Source: Eledone cirrhosa (Eukaryota). From it: a DNA stretch of 64,000 nt. Below the pieces are notes generated by a model. The model saw only the letters and a program-made list of their open reading frames with translations. It was not told where the DNA came from and did not search any database. Shown here one piece after another: positions 45,779 to 58,569 of the stretch. The position numbers and the translations under genes were made by a program. The stretch spans positions 334,924,001 to 334,988,000 of the forward strand of contig OZ024740.1 of NCBI GenBank assembly GCA_964016885.1. Reading direction: 5' to 3'. Every line of letters starts with the position of its first letter. Position 1 is the stretch's first letter.

Positions 45779-45863
45779 ATTTGCTCTACGGTTCATATAT
45801 ATCTGATATATATTTATCCTTATCGAGCCCTCTTTGGATTTTAGTCTTCAAATTTATTATTAT

Positions 45864-45899
<36 letters not shown>

Positions 45900-46102
45900 A
45901 TATGCATATGTTAGTGTGTGTACGACGTCACTGGTGCCTTTCCCTTAGCCCGGATCGGTGGTGTAGTAGGAGTAGACAGGTATGCATAGGTGACCGATAT
46001 TCGTCCACAATACACTTTGACCTAACCTGCATGTCAAAAGGGAAGTTTCCATGGTCATTCGTGGCGAAATAGAGCCGTTTTATAAGTTTATATATATATA
46101 CA

Positions 46103-46219
46103 TTTAATATAGATGAGATTCTACAGGACTAGAACTGTTTCATTCTTTAGAAATCATCAGGAATCTGATGATTTCTAAAGAATGAAGTTTTAATCCTGTT
46201 GAATCTCATCTATATTAAA
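46103..46219. repeat. Fold-back inverted repeat centred on a hammerhead-like core
   Basis: tttaatatagatgagattc...aaatcatcag-gaat-ctgatgattt...gaatctcatctatattaaa. Left arm on the minus strand reads CTGATGA...GAAAC...GTC. Confidence 0.8.
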
Positions 46220-46870
46220 ACTGTTATACTCTGCTATGTATTGAGTACCTTATTTCCTGTGGTTACCTCCGATTCAACCCGGAATAACGTACGTATATAT
46301 ATGTTTATATAGTTCAAAGACAGACAAAATCAATGACAGAGATGCAAAACAGAAAAGTGAATTAGATTCAGGCTTAGAATGTGGAAATCGTGATTTTGTC
46401 GGATATAAATCCTTCTTCGGGAAATAGAGATTTCAGGGAGAAGAAAAGTTGGAACAACAGAGTTTGAAAGAAAAGTTTTAAGAAGGCTGGGCATGGTAGG
46501 TGAGTAGTAGCGCGTACGGATATGGGGGCTCGAGTTGGAGACTCCATGTATCATTATAAATTTTAGCTGGAATCATTCCTACAGATAATGGCTAAAGGTT
46601 TTATTTTCAATTATTATGAAAATATCCATCCCCAAGCTCATATTCGAAATTAGGACAGAAACTTTTGGGGATCGAAACATTTCGTTATTTAATGTTAGTC
46701 TGCTTAATATGCTTAGCTCTTATATAGCTACCACAAAATAAACGCACTATCTAACATATTCGAGGAATCACCACAATAAAATACATCTTTATCAAATAAC
46801 ACATTAGTTATTGTAACTAAGGACGCACTTTGTGGTTTTTGTTGGTTTTCAATCAGTGATGTAAAATAAT

Positions 46871-47059
46871 TGTTTCTACTTTTGGCACAAGGCCAGCAAT
46901 TATCCCAGTGTATTACTGGTACTTTATTTTATCGACCCTGTAATGGTGAAAGGCAAAGTTAACCTCGGCGGGATTTGAACTCAGATCATAAAGGGAGGTA
47001 ACTCTATGCTTCAAAGCATGGCGTCCGACCCTCTACCGATACTGCCAATCCACCGCCCT
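46871..47059 (-). mobile_element. Full-length tRNA-derived SINE with ~19-bp target-site duplication
   Basis: Body with GAGTTCAAATCCC B-box and GCCTTTCA..GGGTCGATAAAATAAAGTACCAG central domain. ATCAGTGATGTAAAATAAT at 46852-46870 and 47060-47078. Confidence 0.9.
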
Positions 47060-47989
47060 ATCAGTGATGTAAAATAATAAGTCACTAACATGTGAAGAAG
47101 ATATATAGTGGCCTGGGTTAGGAACACATCTATTAAAAACACTCATATTATTGTAAGAAAATATAGAACTGTTTTCGTTTGTAATCTCTTTTATTGAATT
47201 ATTAATAAATTATATCTGATGGTTACTTTCCTATACTATTGTGTGATAGGGAAGCAGTAACCGATATTAGGGTTAACACCATGTTAGAGCTTATCTAAGG
47301 AGAATATCTACTTCCCACCGGAGTTGAATACATAATTACAACACACTCATCAATACCTAATGTTATACAGCTTCAATTGCTTCAGCCTGGTGAACCCTGC
47401 AGTACTTACGCGCTCCGTATAAATGCCTGAATTATTAATTCGAGCAAATTAATTCTAATCAAGCACACATATGATCAAAACATATACCCGCCTTGTCCAC
47501 ACTATTTTTATTTACAGAAATAGTGTATTGACGATTATAATATTTTATGCCACAATTTAAAGGCGGTATGTTTTGTATAATTAGATGTCAGAGAAAATAC
47601 GATCTCGACCAATTTCCATGTATGGCTTTCACGAAATCACTAGTAGGTTCAATGTCTGTTTCAGCGCATCTCCCTCACCGACCTCCGGGGAAACGCATTC
47701 TCCATCCTGTTGGCCGGGACCTAGAAGAGGAAGGTATGCTAGTTGGCGGTGGAGGATACTCGTTCAGGAGTCACTTCAACAAGTAAAGTACATTTACATA
47801 TGAAGTAGACTATAAATATCAGTCACCTGTATATTCCATCCACCACATATTATGTTACATATGATTTTTCACCTGAGTAATTAACAGGTGCTTGTCAAGT
47901 ACACTAATCATTCGTTTTCATAGCCTCCCAAGTATTTGAGGGAGCTTAAAAATATATTTTGTTCGTTACGATATGAAAGTTAAACTTAC

Positions 47990-48095
47990 TTTATCTGGCT
48001 GTCCACACTGTCCTTTGTCATACCACCATTTTTTCTCCAGTTTATGTAATTCTCCCTTTTCTCGTAGCACGAGAACAGCGAGATTTATTGGCATC
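47990..48095 (-). CDS. Exon of an AMPA-like ionotropic glutamate receptor (GluA/GRIA-like): C-terminal part of ligand-binding S2 lobe
   Basis: Reverse complement reads tttttag|G ATG CCA ATA AAT CTC...GAT AAA|gtaagt. Translation (x)[35 protein letters not shown] matches the AMPA-receptor motif (V/I)NLAVLKL-E-G-L-KL--KWWYDKGEC. 106 nt, canonical AG/GT, ends in phase 0. Not in the ORF track because it is short. Confidence 0.95.
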
Positions 48096-48405
48096 CTAAA
48101 AACATAATTGAAACAATTTATATTACATTTCATATACACATGTCGTTATATACAATTACGAAATAAGGCAAAATCCGAATTCCGGAAAATCTAAACATTT
48201 TCTAACTATGTCGGCAACAATTTATTCACAGCAACATTCGAAAAAGTCTTGTAAATATAATTGTCATGTGTACTAATCTAAAATGTCCTACTTTTCTTTT
48301 ACATTAAAAAAAAGGAAAGAAAAAAAGTGTTTTTGCGCTTGTCGCAATTTAATGGTTATAATGGTTAGACAATGTACTTATTATATAAAAGTCGAGGTAC
48401 ATTTG

Positions 48406-48436
<31 letters not shown>

Positions 48437-48879
48437 CTCTCTCTATATATATATTTATTTATTTACCAATATATATATATATATATACGTGTGTTTGGGT
48501 GCGTGCCTGTGTTTGTGTGTGTTCTGTGTGTGCATGTATGCTCGTCTGAGTATATTAAGATTGAAACTACCACACCTTACCATTTTTAACTGTAACATAA
48601 AAATCAATATATACCACAAATATTCTATTAGTTGCAATCCTGTAGATTTGTATAGCCCACATAAAACTAACACATACTTCGCATATGCATTTCTGTTTTA
48701 TTCGTTTACCAATGTGTTTTATGTATTGCAGTTTACATTTACGAACAGGTCATTGATACCCCATTTCATTTTATATTCCAAGTGAATGTTTGGTCAACAT
48801 TTATAAGGTGCGGAAATAGCTTATTATCTTTTTATTATCTGTGTTATAATTTATATACTGTCTTACTGTCTCTCGATTT

Positions 48880-49640
48880 ATTCCACATAATGGATGCCTG
48901 CGGAGACCTATTTGTAAATCTTGATTTTGCCCGTCCGAGACTCAAAATGGCCTACGTACAGCTCGAGATATCTCGGATAGGCAACAGATAAAGAGGGATT
49001 AGGGGTAAATGTACAAGCCCGGTAGAATTCCAGCGGCATAGGCTATTCATTTTCTCTCGCCAAACATAAAGATTCCGAGGCACCAGCAAAGAAAACAATA
49101 AAGAATGAGACACACCCAAGGGACATCAGATACTATCTAAAGCCTCTACACTTCCATAAGAGAATGACTGTTACCATCCAACAAGCTATCCATACATAGG
49201 AAGCATCTGAACATACGTTTGGTGCTCTTCAGACCATTCATGAGGAGACTACCCTCCAAACGTCGATCTGCATACAACAGCACATGCGCATTTCCTAACT
49301 CTCCCATCAATAACCCGGAAATGTACATAATAACGTATGTCGTTTACAGGATCACATGCAGAGGCTATGCTTCCTCATACCTTGGCAGTACTGTCTGCAT
49401 GTTGCAAATCCGGAAAAAGAACATATAACCGTAGATAAATGACACAACCAAGATCACAATACAAGCGACGGAAAGAAATGTGGGTAATCTACGAATTACG
49501 GAACGGCAAATAGACAATTGAGCGGATTATTGCGCATGTGCAATCCAACAGTCAACTACACTCACACTATAGGGAAGATTCATGAGAACAGAAAGCCTAG
49601 TGGTTTCTAAATGTATTTCAAGAAACGATTTTTACCTTAA
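48880..49640 (+). mobile_element. Degenerate Penelope-like element (GIY-YIG endonuclease remnant)
   Basis: ORF 49219-49428 ends YVVYRITCRGYASSYLGSTVCMLQIRKK, resembling the PLE VVY-ITC--C---YIG-T---L--R motif. Boundaries approximate. Confidence 0.55.
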
Positions 49641-50021
49641 AATATCATGATAAAAGCTCTTTTTTTTTTTTTGTCATCCCTCTATATTTATATCCACATT
49701 GTAATGGAATTCCTAGCATCTTATCCTCATTCATTAATATATAAATATATATATATATAGTTAAAAGAATAGAGGTGTAACATACAAGTTATTATATATT
49801 GGTAAACGGAATAGAAAATGCTGACAAATTGTTCACAGTTGAAAAATAGTTTAATTAGGAATAAAAGAGTATTAGTAATTGTGTGGGTTAGTATTCAGTT
49901 GTGGTTTTAAGTTTTTAAGTTTTTACCGGTTGCGCATTTCTAAATGCTTTTCAAAAATAATTTTGAGATAGAGTGTCCGTGTTGTTTTCTCTGATCTGAT
50001 TAGTTTTGGGAATTCTACCTG

Positions 50022-50266
50022 TTTTTGTGTTAAAAAAGTGTCTCCAGCGCTACTTTGGTGTTGCAAAAATTCTTGTGGTCAAAACAATTTATGATTGGTC
50101 GGTAGAGGTCATGTGAATGTAAAAAATTGATTTTGCGCCAAGAGTGTTTTTATGTTTAAAAAGTGGCTCCAGCGCTACTTGGTGTTGCAAAAATTCTTGT
50201 GGTCAAAACAATTTTGATTGGTCAGTAGAGGTCATGTGAATGTAAAAAATTGATTTCGCGCCAAGA
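50022..50266. repeat. Two-copy tandem repeat, ~125-bp unit
   Basis: ctccagcgctact..ggtgttgcaaaaattcttgtggtcaaaacaattt..gattggtc.gtagaggtcatgtgaatgtaaaaaattgattt.gcgccaaga occurs twice. Confidence 0.9.
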
Positions 50267-50291
50267 CTCAGAAGTGACTCTTTCACAACAA

Positions 50292-50349
<58 letters not shown>

Positions 50350-50779
50350 CAGAGTAATTCGTGGTAGCGGGATGGTCAGTAGGAATGTGTCTGTAAGCAG
50401 TGTGGGGGGGGGGGTTATTTTAGCATGTCAAAAGATATTTTTCAGCTTTTGTCTTATACGGAGAAGTGTGTGTGTGTGTGTATGTGTATATAAGTATCTT
50501 TGTATGTTAATGTATTTCAAGCGTTAAACTAAAATATTCCTTCCATATACTGTATCGATTGTGTTGTTATTCTGTTTTTCGTCTTTCAAATTATTATAAA
50601 AAATTAAATATTCTAAAATTGTGGATATATATTTTCCAAACCATTACAGCCAAACATCATAATGTACATTCAGACAGACAAACAGACGCGAAAGGTCACT
50701 ATTGTGGCAGTAAATGTAAACAAGTTTAAAACATGAAATGATTTTGTAGTAAACTAAAATCCGACTTTATATCAGCAAA

Positions 50780-51395
50780 TAATGTTTACTGGCAGACCAT
50801 CCGTCGACTTCGTATTAAGAAGTCTCCCTCCATATCTGCTCACAGGAAATTGTCTTAAGATCACCAGTGCAATTTTAGCAATCAAATATGGCACGTCATC
50901 TGAGGAGGTCAACATTCGGCCCGAAAAAAAGAGAAGATATAAAACTAGCTGATTTGTTTACCGGATGGTCTTGATCTCTGGAAAGGAACCAGACTAATGG
51001 CTATTGGGAGTGATGATCTTAATTTTCAAAAAGAGAGAAAATAATGATCGCTCTAATTATAGAAGAATATCCTTGTTATGCCTCTCCGCTAAAATGGAGG
51101 TCACTTTGCTCCGATATTAGGTAATCAATCCCGGTAGAGCGGTCCTGTACTACGGACCACAGTCCCGGTACTACGGACATGTGGTTAAAATGGCATTGGA
51201 ATGAATCGCTGGACAGAATTTAGGGGCAAAGACAGCCGGCACGATACCACGAGCAAGATAATTTGATAATATACATAAGCTTGGTGGGACTTGCATAGAA
51301 CTCAAGCTGGATCATTTGGGGACGACAGCGTCTTTTGATAAGTCCAACAGGCCGGCGTGGGGAGGGATTTACAGTTCGCAGCAATTAGTTGGCAA
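50780..51395 (+). mobile_element. Degenerate, internally deleted RTE-clade LINE fragment
   Basis: Remnant motifs WQTIRRLR (~50790), IFKK...SNYRRISLLCL (~51020-51090) and RYYGHVVKM (~51165), with many stops and frameshifts. Confidence 0.6.
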
Positions 51396-51413
51396 ATACA
51401 AATAATAATAATA

Positions 51414-51605
51414 ATTGTTTCTACATTTGGCACAACGCCAGCAATCACCAGTGAATTACTGGTACTTTATTTTATCGAACCCCGTAAAGATGAAAGGCAA
51501 AGTTGACCTCGGCGGGATTTGAACTCAGAATGGCAAGGGCCGTAACTCTATGCGTCAAAGCATGGTGCCCGACCCTTTACCCATACTGCCAATCCACCGC
51601 CCTTA

Positions 51606-51659
<54 letters not shown>

Positions 51660-51846
51660 TGTTTCTACTTTTGGCACAAGGCCAGCAATTAGCCAGTGTA
51701 TTACTGGTACTTTATTTTATCGACCCCGTAAGGATGAAAGGCAAAGTTAACCTCGGCGGGATTTGAACTCAGACCATAAAGGGCCGTAACTCTTTGCTGC
51801 AAAGCATGGCATCCGACTCTCTACCGATACTGCCAATCCAACGCCC
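51414..51846 (-). mobile_element. Two tandem SINE copies (51414-51602, 51659-51846) separated by (TAA)n
   Basis: Family consensus twice. Confidence 0.85.
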
Positions 51847-51888
<42 letters not shown>

Positions 51889-52565
51889 TCTACAAGGAGG
51901 AGGCTAGCCCACTGTGCAGGATCTGTGGAGAGAGAGAGGAGACTGTGGCTCACATTGTGTCCGAGTGTAAACACCTAGCCCAGACCCACTATAAGGGCTG
52001 GAGACACGATGTGATGGGCAGGGTGATCCACTGGCACCTGTGCAAAGTAAACAATCTACCACATTCTGAGAAATGGTATGAGCATAGGCCAGAGGCGGTG
52101 ATGGAGAACAGTCAGGTGAAGGTGCTGTGGGATTTTAGGATACAGACGGACAAAAAACTGGAACACAATAGACCTGACCTGGTGGTTGTGGACAAAGAAA
52201 GAAAAAAGATCGTGCCTGATTGTGGATGTGACCTGCCCGTTCGACACGAGAGTGCAAGAGAAGGAGAGGGAGAAAATTAACCGATACCAGGACCTAAAGT
52301 GGGAGGTGAAAAGGATTTGGAACTTCCATGAAGTCAAAGTGATCCCGATTGTCATAGGCGCACTGGGGACTATCTCCAAAGGTTTCCAGGGATGGTTAAA
52401 GAAAATCGGCCCCTTCACGCTTTTTGGAACGCTTCAAAAGGCATGCTTGCTTGGAACAGCAAGAACCCTCCGATACGTCCTGAATATCTGAGGCTGCAGG
52501 TAGTGGCTTGATATTCAATCCAACGGACTTTGCAGTTAACCAACATCAATGACTGAGATTCAAGG
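51889..52565 (+). mobile_element. 5'-truncated non-LTR retrotransposon with restriction-like endonuclease (Dong/R4-like) in (TAA)n
   Basis: Overlapping ORFs give HIVSEC..RHD..IHWHLC..LWDFRIQTD..NRPDLVVVDK / CLIVDVTCPFD..EKINRYQDL..VIPIVIGALG, i.e. CCHC finger plus PD-(D/E)xK RLE, with a frameshift near 52205. (TAA)n on both sides. Confidence 0.85.
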
Positions 52566-52600
52566 AATAACAATAACAATAATAATAATAATAATAATAA

Positions 52601-52776
52601 TTGTTTCTAATTTTGGCACAAGGCCGCAATTACCCAGTACATTACTGGTACTTTATTTTATCGACCCCGTAAGGATGAAAGGAAAAGTTGACCTCGGCGG
52701 GATTTGAACTCAGAATGGAAAAGGCCGTAACTCTATGCGTCAAAGCATGACGTCCGACCCTCTACCGATACTGCCA
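52601..52776 (-). mobile_element. tRNA-derived SINE followed by (GAA)n
   Basis: Family consensus; 5' end replaced by the GAA repeat at 52777-52871. Confidence 0.85.
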
Positions 52777-53766
52777 GAAGAAGAAGAAGAAGAAGAAGAA
52801 GAAGAAGAAGAAGAAGAAGAAGAAGAAGAAGAAGAAGAAGAAGAAGAAGAAGAAGAAGAAGAAGAAGAAGATAAGAGAAACACTGAAGAGTTGAATTTCA
52901 GCTGTAACTATAGATATAGTAAAAACATAGTGCGTCTGCTATAATCTAAATATGTATATAGCCTATTAAGTAAACCGAATACGCGAGTAAATTATTAAAT
53001 ACAACTACATATAAAATAATAGAAATATTTGGTCGAGATTTATACAGACACACACACTTTTGTTCTGTGTATGGACATAAATAAATAATTGAATTATATA
53101 TATATATATATGGATATGTGTGAGTGTGTGTATAATATATATGTGAGTGTGTGTGATGGGTTGCCGTTCATATGTTATTAACCTATGTTCGTAGATATAG
53201 TTATTCTTTCTTATTTAACAGGTAGTTAAATACACGTAAATCATGAAGCAAAAGATAAATGACAGTGCAATCTATATCTTATATGGATACTTCTATCACA
53301 TTACTTGTTCTGAAAATGAAAATCTATTTCTAATGGACTTAACAAATTGTATATTTGTATCTTAGTGATAAGCATACCTATATACATCAATATCAGAGTG
53401 GACACTAATCATTGTTGACATATTTTTTATACACAAGTGAAAATTCTATAAGATGATATATATGTTGGCTTATAAATGAGTGAATTGGTTATCCGATAGG
53501 TAACAGAGAAGAGCACAGTATAGAGGATTGCAAAGTAAAGTATATGATATAGCATATATAACCCTTTTGATATCTTGAAAATATCTATAATTTTCTTGGA
53601 TAAATATTGGGTGTGTTATCATAGAAGAAACGAAAATGTCGATGGAGGCATTTGTGAGTGGAGAAAAGCTTCGCAAAGCAACTAAGGGATTATGAGTTCA
53701 ATCAAACTGCGTGGCAACTTTGGCAATTGTGCTCTATGTAACCCCTCGAAAACTATTGTATTTCAT

Positions 53767-54066
53767 GGGTCAGACGCCATGCTTTCCAGCATAGTTACGT
53801 CTCTTTACGATCTGAGTTCAAATCCCGCCGAGGTTGACTTTGCCTTTCATTCTTACGGGGTCGATAAAATAAAGTACCAGTAATGCAGTGGATAATTGCT
53901 GGCCTTGTGCCTAAAGTAGAAACAATTATTTCATTACGGCCCTTGCCATTCTGAGTTCAAATCCCGCCGAGGTTAACTTTGCCTTTCATCCTTACGGGGT
54001 CGATAAAATAAGGTACCAGTAATGTACTAGTTAATTGCAGGTCTTGTGCCAATAGTAGAAACAACT
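53767..54066 (+). mobile_element. Two tandem 5'-truncated SINE copies
   Basis: ctgagttcaaatcccgccgaggtt.actttgcctttcat.cttacggggtcgataaaata appears twice. Confidence 0.85.
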
Positions 54067-54107
54067 GTTTCATTATTGCAAGCTAGAATTGAGTATTCCC
54101 CTCCTAT

Positions 54108-54152
<45 letters not shown>

Positions 54153-54154
54153 AG

Positions 54155-54205
<51 letters not shown>

Positions 54206-54235
54206 CATATATACACAACTCCCACCAAAACACAC

Positions 54236-54324
<89 letters not shown>

Positions 54325-54684
54325 GATATTAAATAAATGGAAACTATATTTATAAAACCATATTTATTCTATTATATATATTTCAAGGCTACCAAAACTT
54401 TGGTACGCTCTCTTCAGATGAAATACAAAGACTTTTATAAATATTGACATAACCAGGAATAGGATCTTAAAGGTTCAAGTTATTCCTGGATAGTGTTTAT
54501 ACTCCAGAAAAACTGTCGGGTGCTTTGAATGAGTTATAAACATTTATATTTGTTAAATTACCAACAAATTGAATATACCTTTTGCTTATATGTATATATA
54601 TATATAATTGGTGTTGGATGCTTAGAGCGTCCGTATGTGGTAGGCCGTATGAGCACTCAATGCCCTCGTATAGCAGAGTATAAT

Positions 54685-55010
<326 letters not shown>

Positions 55011-55073
55011 ATATATATATATATATTACATATATATTCATTCGCACCGTTTCCTTTCGCTATATGTATCTCC

Positions 55074-55104
<31 letters not shown>

Positions 55105-55319
55105 ATATATATATATATATATATTACATATATATTCATTCGCACCGTTTCCTTTCGCTATATGTCTCTCCACCACTCCCCTACACACCTTTTGAACTCT
55201 CACCTGAAGAAGGGCCTATGCCCTAAACGTCGTCCCCCACCTACCCCCCACTCTCCTGAGCGTGAATTTAATAAACATTTGTCGTACTGCCTCTCTGTTC
55301 TGTCCCTGTTCAATTTTTC

Positions 55320-55401
<82 letters not shown>

Positions 55402-55791
55402 CATATATATATGTATATATTTAGTGGTCACTGAGCTGTTCAGCTCGTGGGCACCCTCCAGTATATCATGAAAAACTATACGCCTCATATGTATTTTGTC
55501 TGAAGAGGTCATGTTCATGTTTATGTTATACGTAACACTTTGCATCTTCGAAATATATATATAATGAAATAAATAGAGTCGAAATAAAGTATATATATCT
55601 TTCGTTTATTACTATTTTATTATTGTATATATGTATGATTATACATATATATATATATGTATATACAAATATAGTTTCAGAAGATCCCGTTAAGGGTGAA
55701 AGCAGCGATTCTTTGCTTAAACTTTAATCTGTTATTTTAATAAATATATTTATATATATATATATATATATAATATATATATATATAATAT

Positions 55792-55847
<56 letters not shown>

Positions 55848-56289
55848 TAATTAAGTGTGCGTGGGCGCGCGCTTGTGTCTGTGTGTCTGTGTCTGTGTAT
55901 GTATGAAACTAAATTGATACAGCCTTAGGAAATAATATGTTTAAGAGTTCTTTAAAAAATTAGTGGGCAACACAAATATATCTTATATCACTAGAAGTAA
56001 TCGATTCAGATAGAAATTGTTTACTATATATACGTGCTTAGAATTATACAGCAGGGGGTTGATCGTAAGAGAAATTTACTTTGCCACAATATCGCACATG
56101 TTTCATTTAGCTTAAATTAAATCATTTGTACATCCGATTAATTTAATTTACTAAATAACTTGTATAAATTAGGGTGTTTGCCTATGGTTTACCATAATTT
56201 CTAAGTGAATGTTTCGACGCTTATCAGCCAATTTGTTTGAGAATTCTGCGTTGAAAAAGATATGCTGTTTAATATGATTTTATAATACA

Positions 56290-57103
56290 CTAGCAGTAAA
56301 GCCAGGCGTTGCTCGGGGTCGCTCAGTAGCTGTGTTAAAGTTACAATGTTAAGTTTCTTTTTTGGCTTAAAAACTGTAATGTCTACTGTGCAGACTTGCA
56401 TGTGGTGTTTTTGATTAATATTCCCTCAACCAACAATATGCCTTATGAAGTTAAGAAAACATAACGATAACCCGAATGTTATAACAAAAGAGGATGCTGG
56501 GGATAAAAACTGCACTGGTTATTTATTAACAAAGATCGAAAATGTAAACACTGCAACGCAGAGAAAAACATTACCGTAACCAAATTATCAGTTATGTCTG
56601 TCTGCACGCCTATATCACCTCTCTGCACGACTGTCTGTCTGCACGCCTGAAATATTTGCTTGTTTTACGTAGTCTTTAAATAGACTTGTTTTCAAGTAAA
56701 AATATTGTTTTAAAATGCTTTTAAATGGAAATGAAGCAAAACGGAAGCTTAGTGTTCGAACTGATGAATTTTGCAGGTCAATATTTTGCTGGCTCGACAA
56801 CTGTTCGTGTATTGTGTTAATGTCATTTTAAACGCTGAGAAAGCCAGCGTAATTTTTTACGTAAGACGCTCAATGTAAACAGAACAAAGGGAAATAACTG
56901 ATAACTTACGCTCAAAAATCGATACATTATATTCGATTTCGTCACATAGGGTGGGTCAATTTGAAATATTTTTTTCCGATGTCTTCGCTAGGGCTCAATG
57001 TACAAGTATAGCAATTTCGGTGCAATTCCGTCAGAGATTCTAAGAGGAGATGTGTGCCAAAAATCGATAGACAGACAGACAACCACAGTTTTATATATAT
57101 AGA
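56290..57103 (-). mobile_element. Non-autonomous Helitron-like element (~814 bp)
   Basis: Minus strand begins A|TCTATATATATAAAAC and ends CCCGAGCAACGCCTGGC-TTTACTG-CTAG|T: 5' TC, imperfect GC-rich subterminal hairpin, 3' CTAG, inserted between A and T. Internal GTCT repeats. Confidence 0.7.
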
Positions 57104-58237
57104 TTGTAACGATCTACTCACAGACTCATAAAGCGAAACAGACATATACATACTTAAATATACTTATGTGTGCGTTTATGTTGTGTATATATGTATATGT
57201 TGTGTATATATGTACTGGCAGTCACACAACACGTACGTCCATCTATCTACCCTATTAATCTAACATTATATCTGTAGTTTTATTAATTATTGTGCATCAG
57301 TGATTTTTCTATTTAACTGTCTCTATCTGAAATCTTTTGAAACTATTAGAAAATATTTTGATTTTTTTAAAGATATATTAAAATGTATCAGATATTTGTT
57401 TTAATTTTTTTTTTTGTTTCAATTTATCAGGGGAATGAGAAAATATATGTCTAGAATCTTAGATATTCGAATCATATTGCTATATTACTGTATATTTAAA
57501 AAAAATAATTAATGTAATGTTTCCGTCTTATACTTCACGCTATATAAATTGCTAGCTAAATAAACACGAGAGATAACAAGCCTGTGTATGTTGGTGTTTC
57601 TGAGCTACAGATCAGTCGTAATATACTAATACTAGTTTGTCTGCTATATACGTACTCTTGATATACCGGTTTATATTAGTCAGAGCATAAAGAAATTCGT
57701 AGCAAAATTCCATGAGAAATTTCCAAAGGGATGGAGTTCTGGGCGAAGATATTAGTGGGTCCTATATGACATGATAAACAATAAAAGAAAGGGACGGAAT
57801 TGTAACAGTATGTTGGCTAAGTCTGGGCAAACAATAGACAGAGAGCGACTTCAGATGATTAGAGACCATGGAATAGCGATTTAAACACAGCGAAACGAAA
57901 CCAAGTGTCATTGAATGAGATGCTTTAGTTTATTGTTGAACGAATGTTTGCAATTTCAGTAATTCGACTAGAATATCTGTGTATATATTAGGGCAATTAT
58001 TAGTATAGTATTGCTGAGGGTAAGATATTGATGAGGACTTGATATCTGTCTTCGTGATGTGGTTTTGGTTTTCTCGATGCTAAATATAGATGCAATACCA
58101 AGCGAATTTCAAGAATTAAGGGAAGTGACTATAGGTCTTATATATTAGAAATATACAGCATGATATAAAGTTATCTATTTCCATATAAAATATAATCTAT
58201 ATATTGTTCTATCTCACTCTTTCTATCTCTCTCTCGG

Positions 58238-58342
<105 letters not shown>

Positions 58343-58488
58343 GTGTGTGTGTGTGTGTGTATGTGAGTGTGTATATGTGTGTATACGTGCGAGTGAGGTC
58401 ATGTGCATTATGTATGTATATGGGTAGGAGATGGAGACGTTGTCTACGAGACTGAGACAGAAGAATATATCCATTGATCTATCTTTCT

Positions 58489-58535
<47 letters not shown>

Positions 58536-58569
58536 TTCTGCTACTCCTTCATCATCGTCGCCATCATTA

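Noticed and set aside
47815-47872. Minus-strand MWWMEY after a cag acceptor, close to the S2 exon, as a possible alternative flip/flop exon
   Set aside because: In-frame TAA just upstream of the WW, a stop shortly after, and no NLAVL or conserved Cys.
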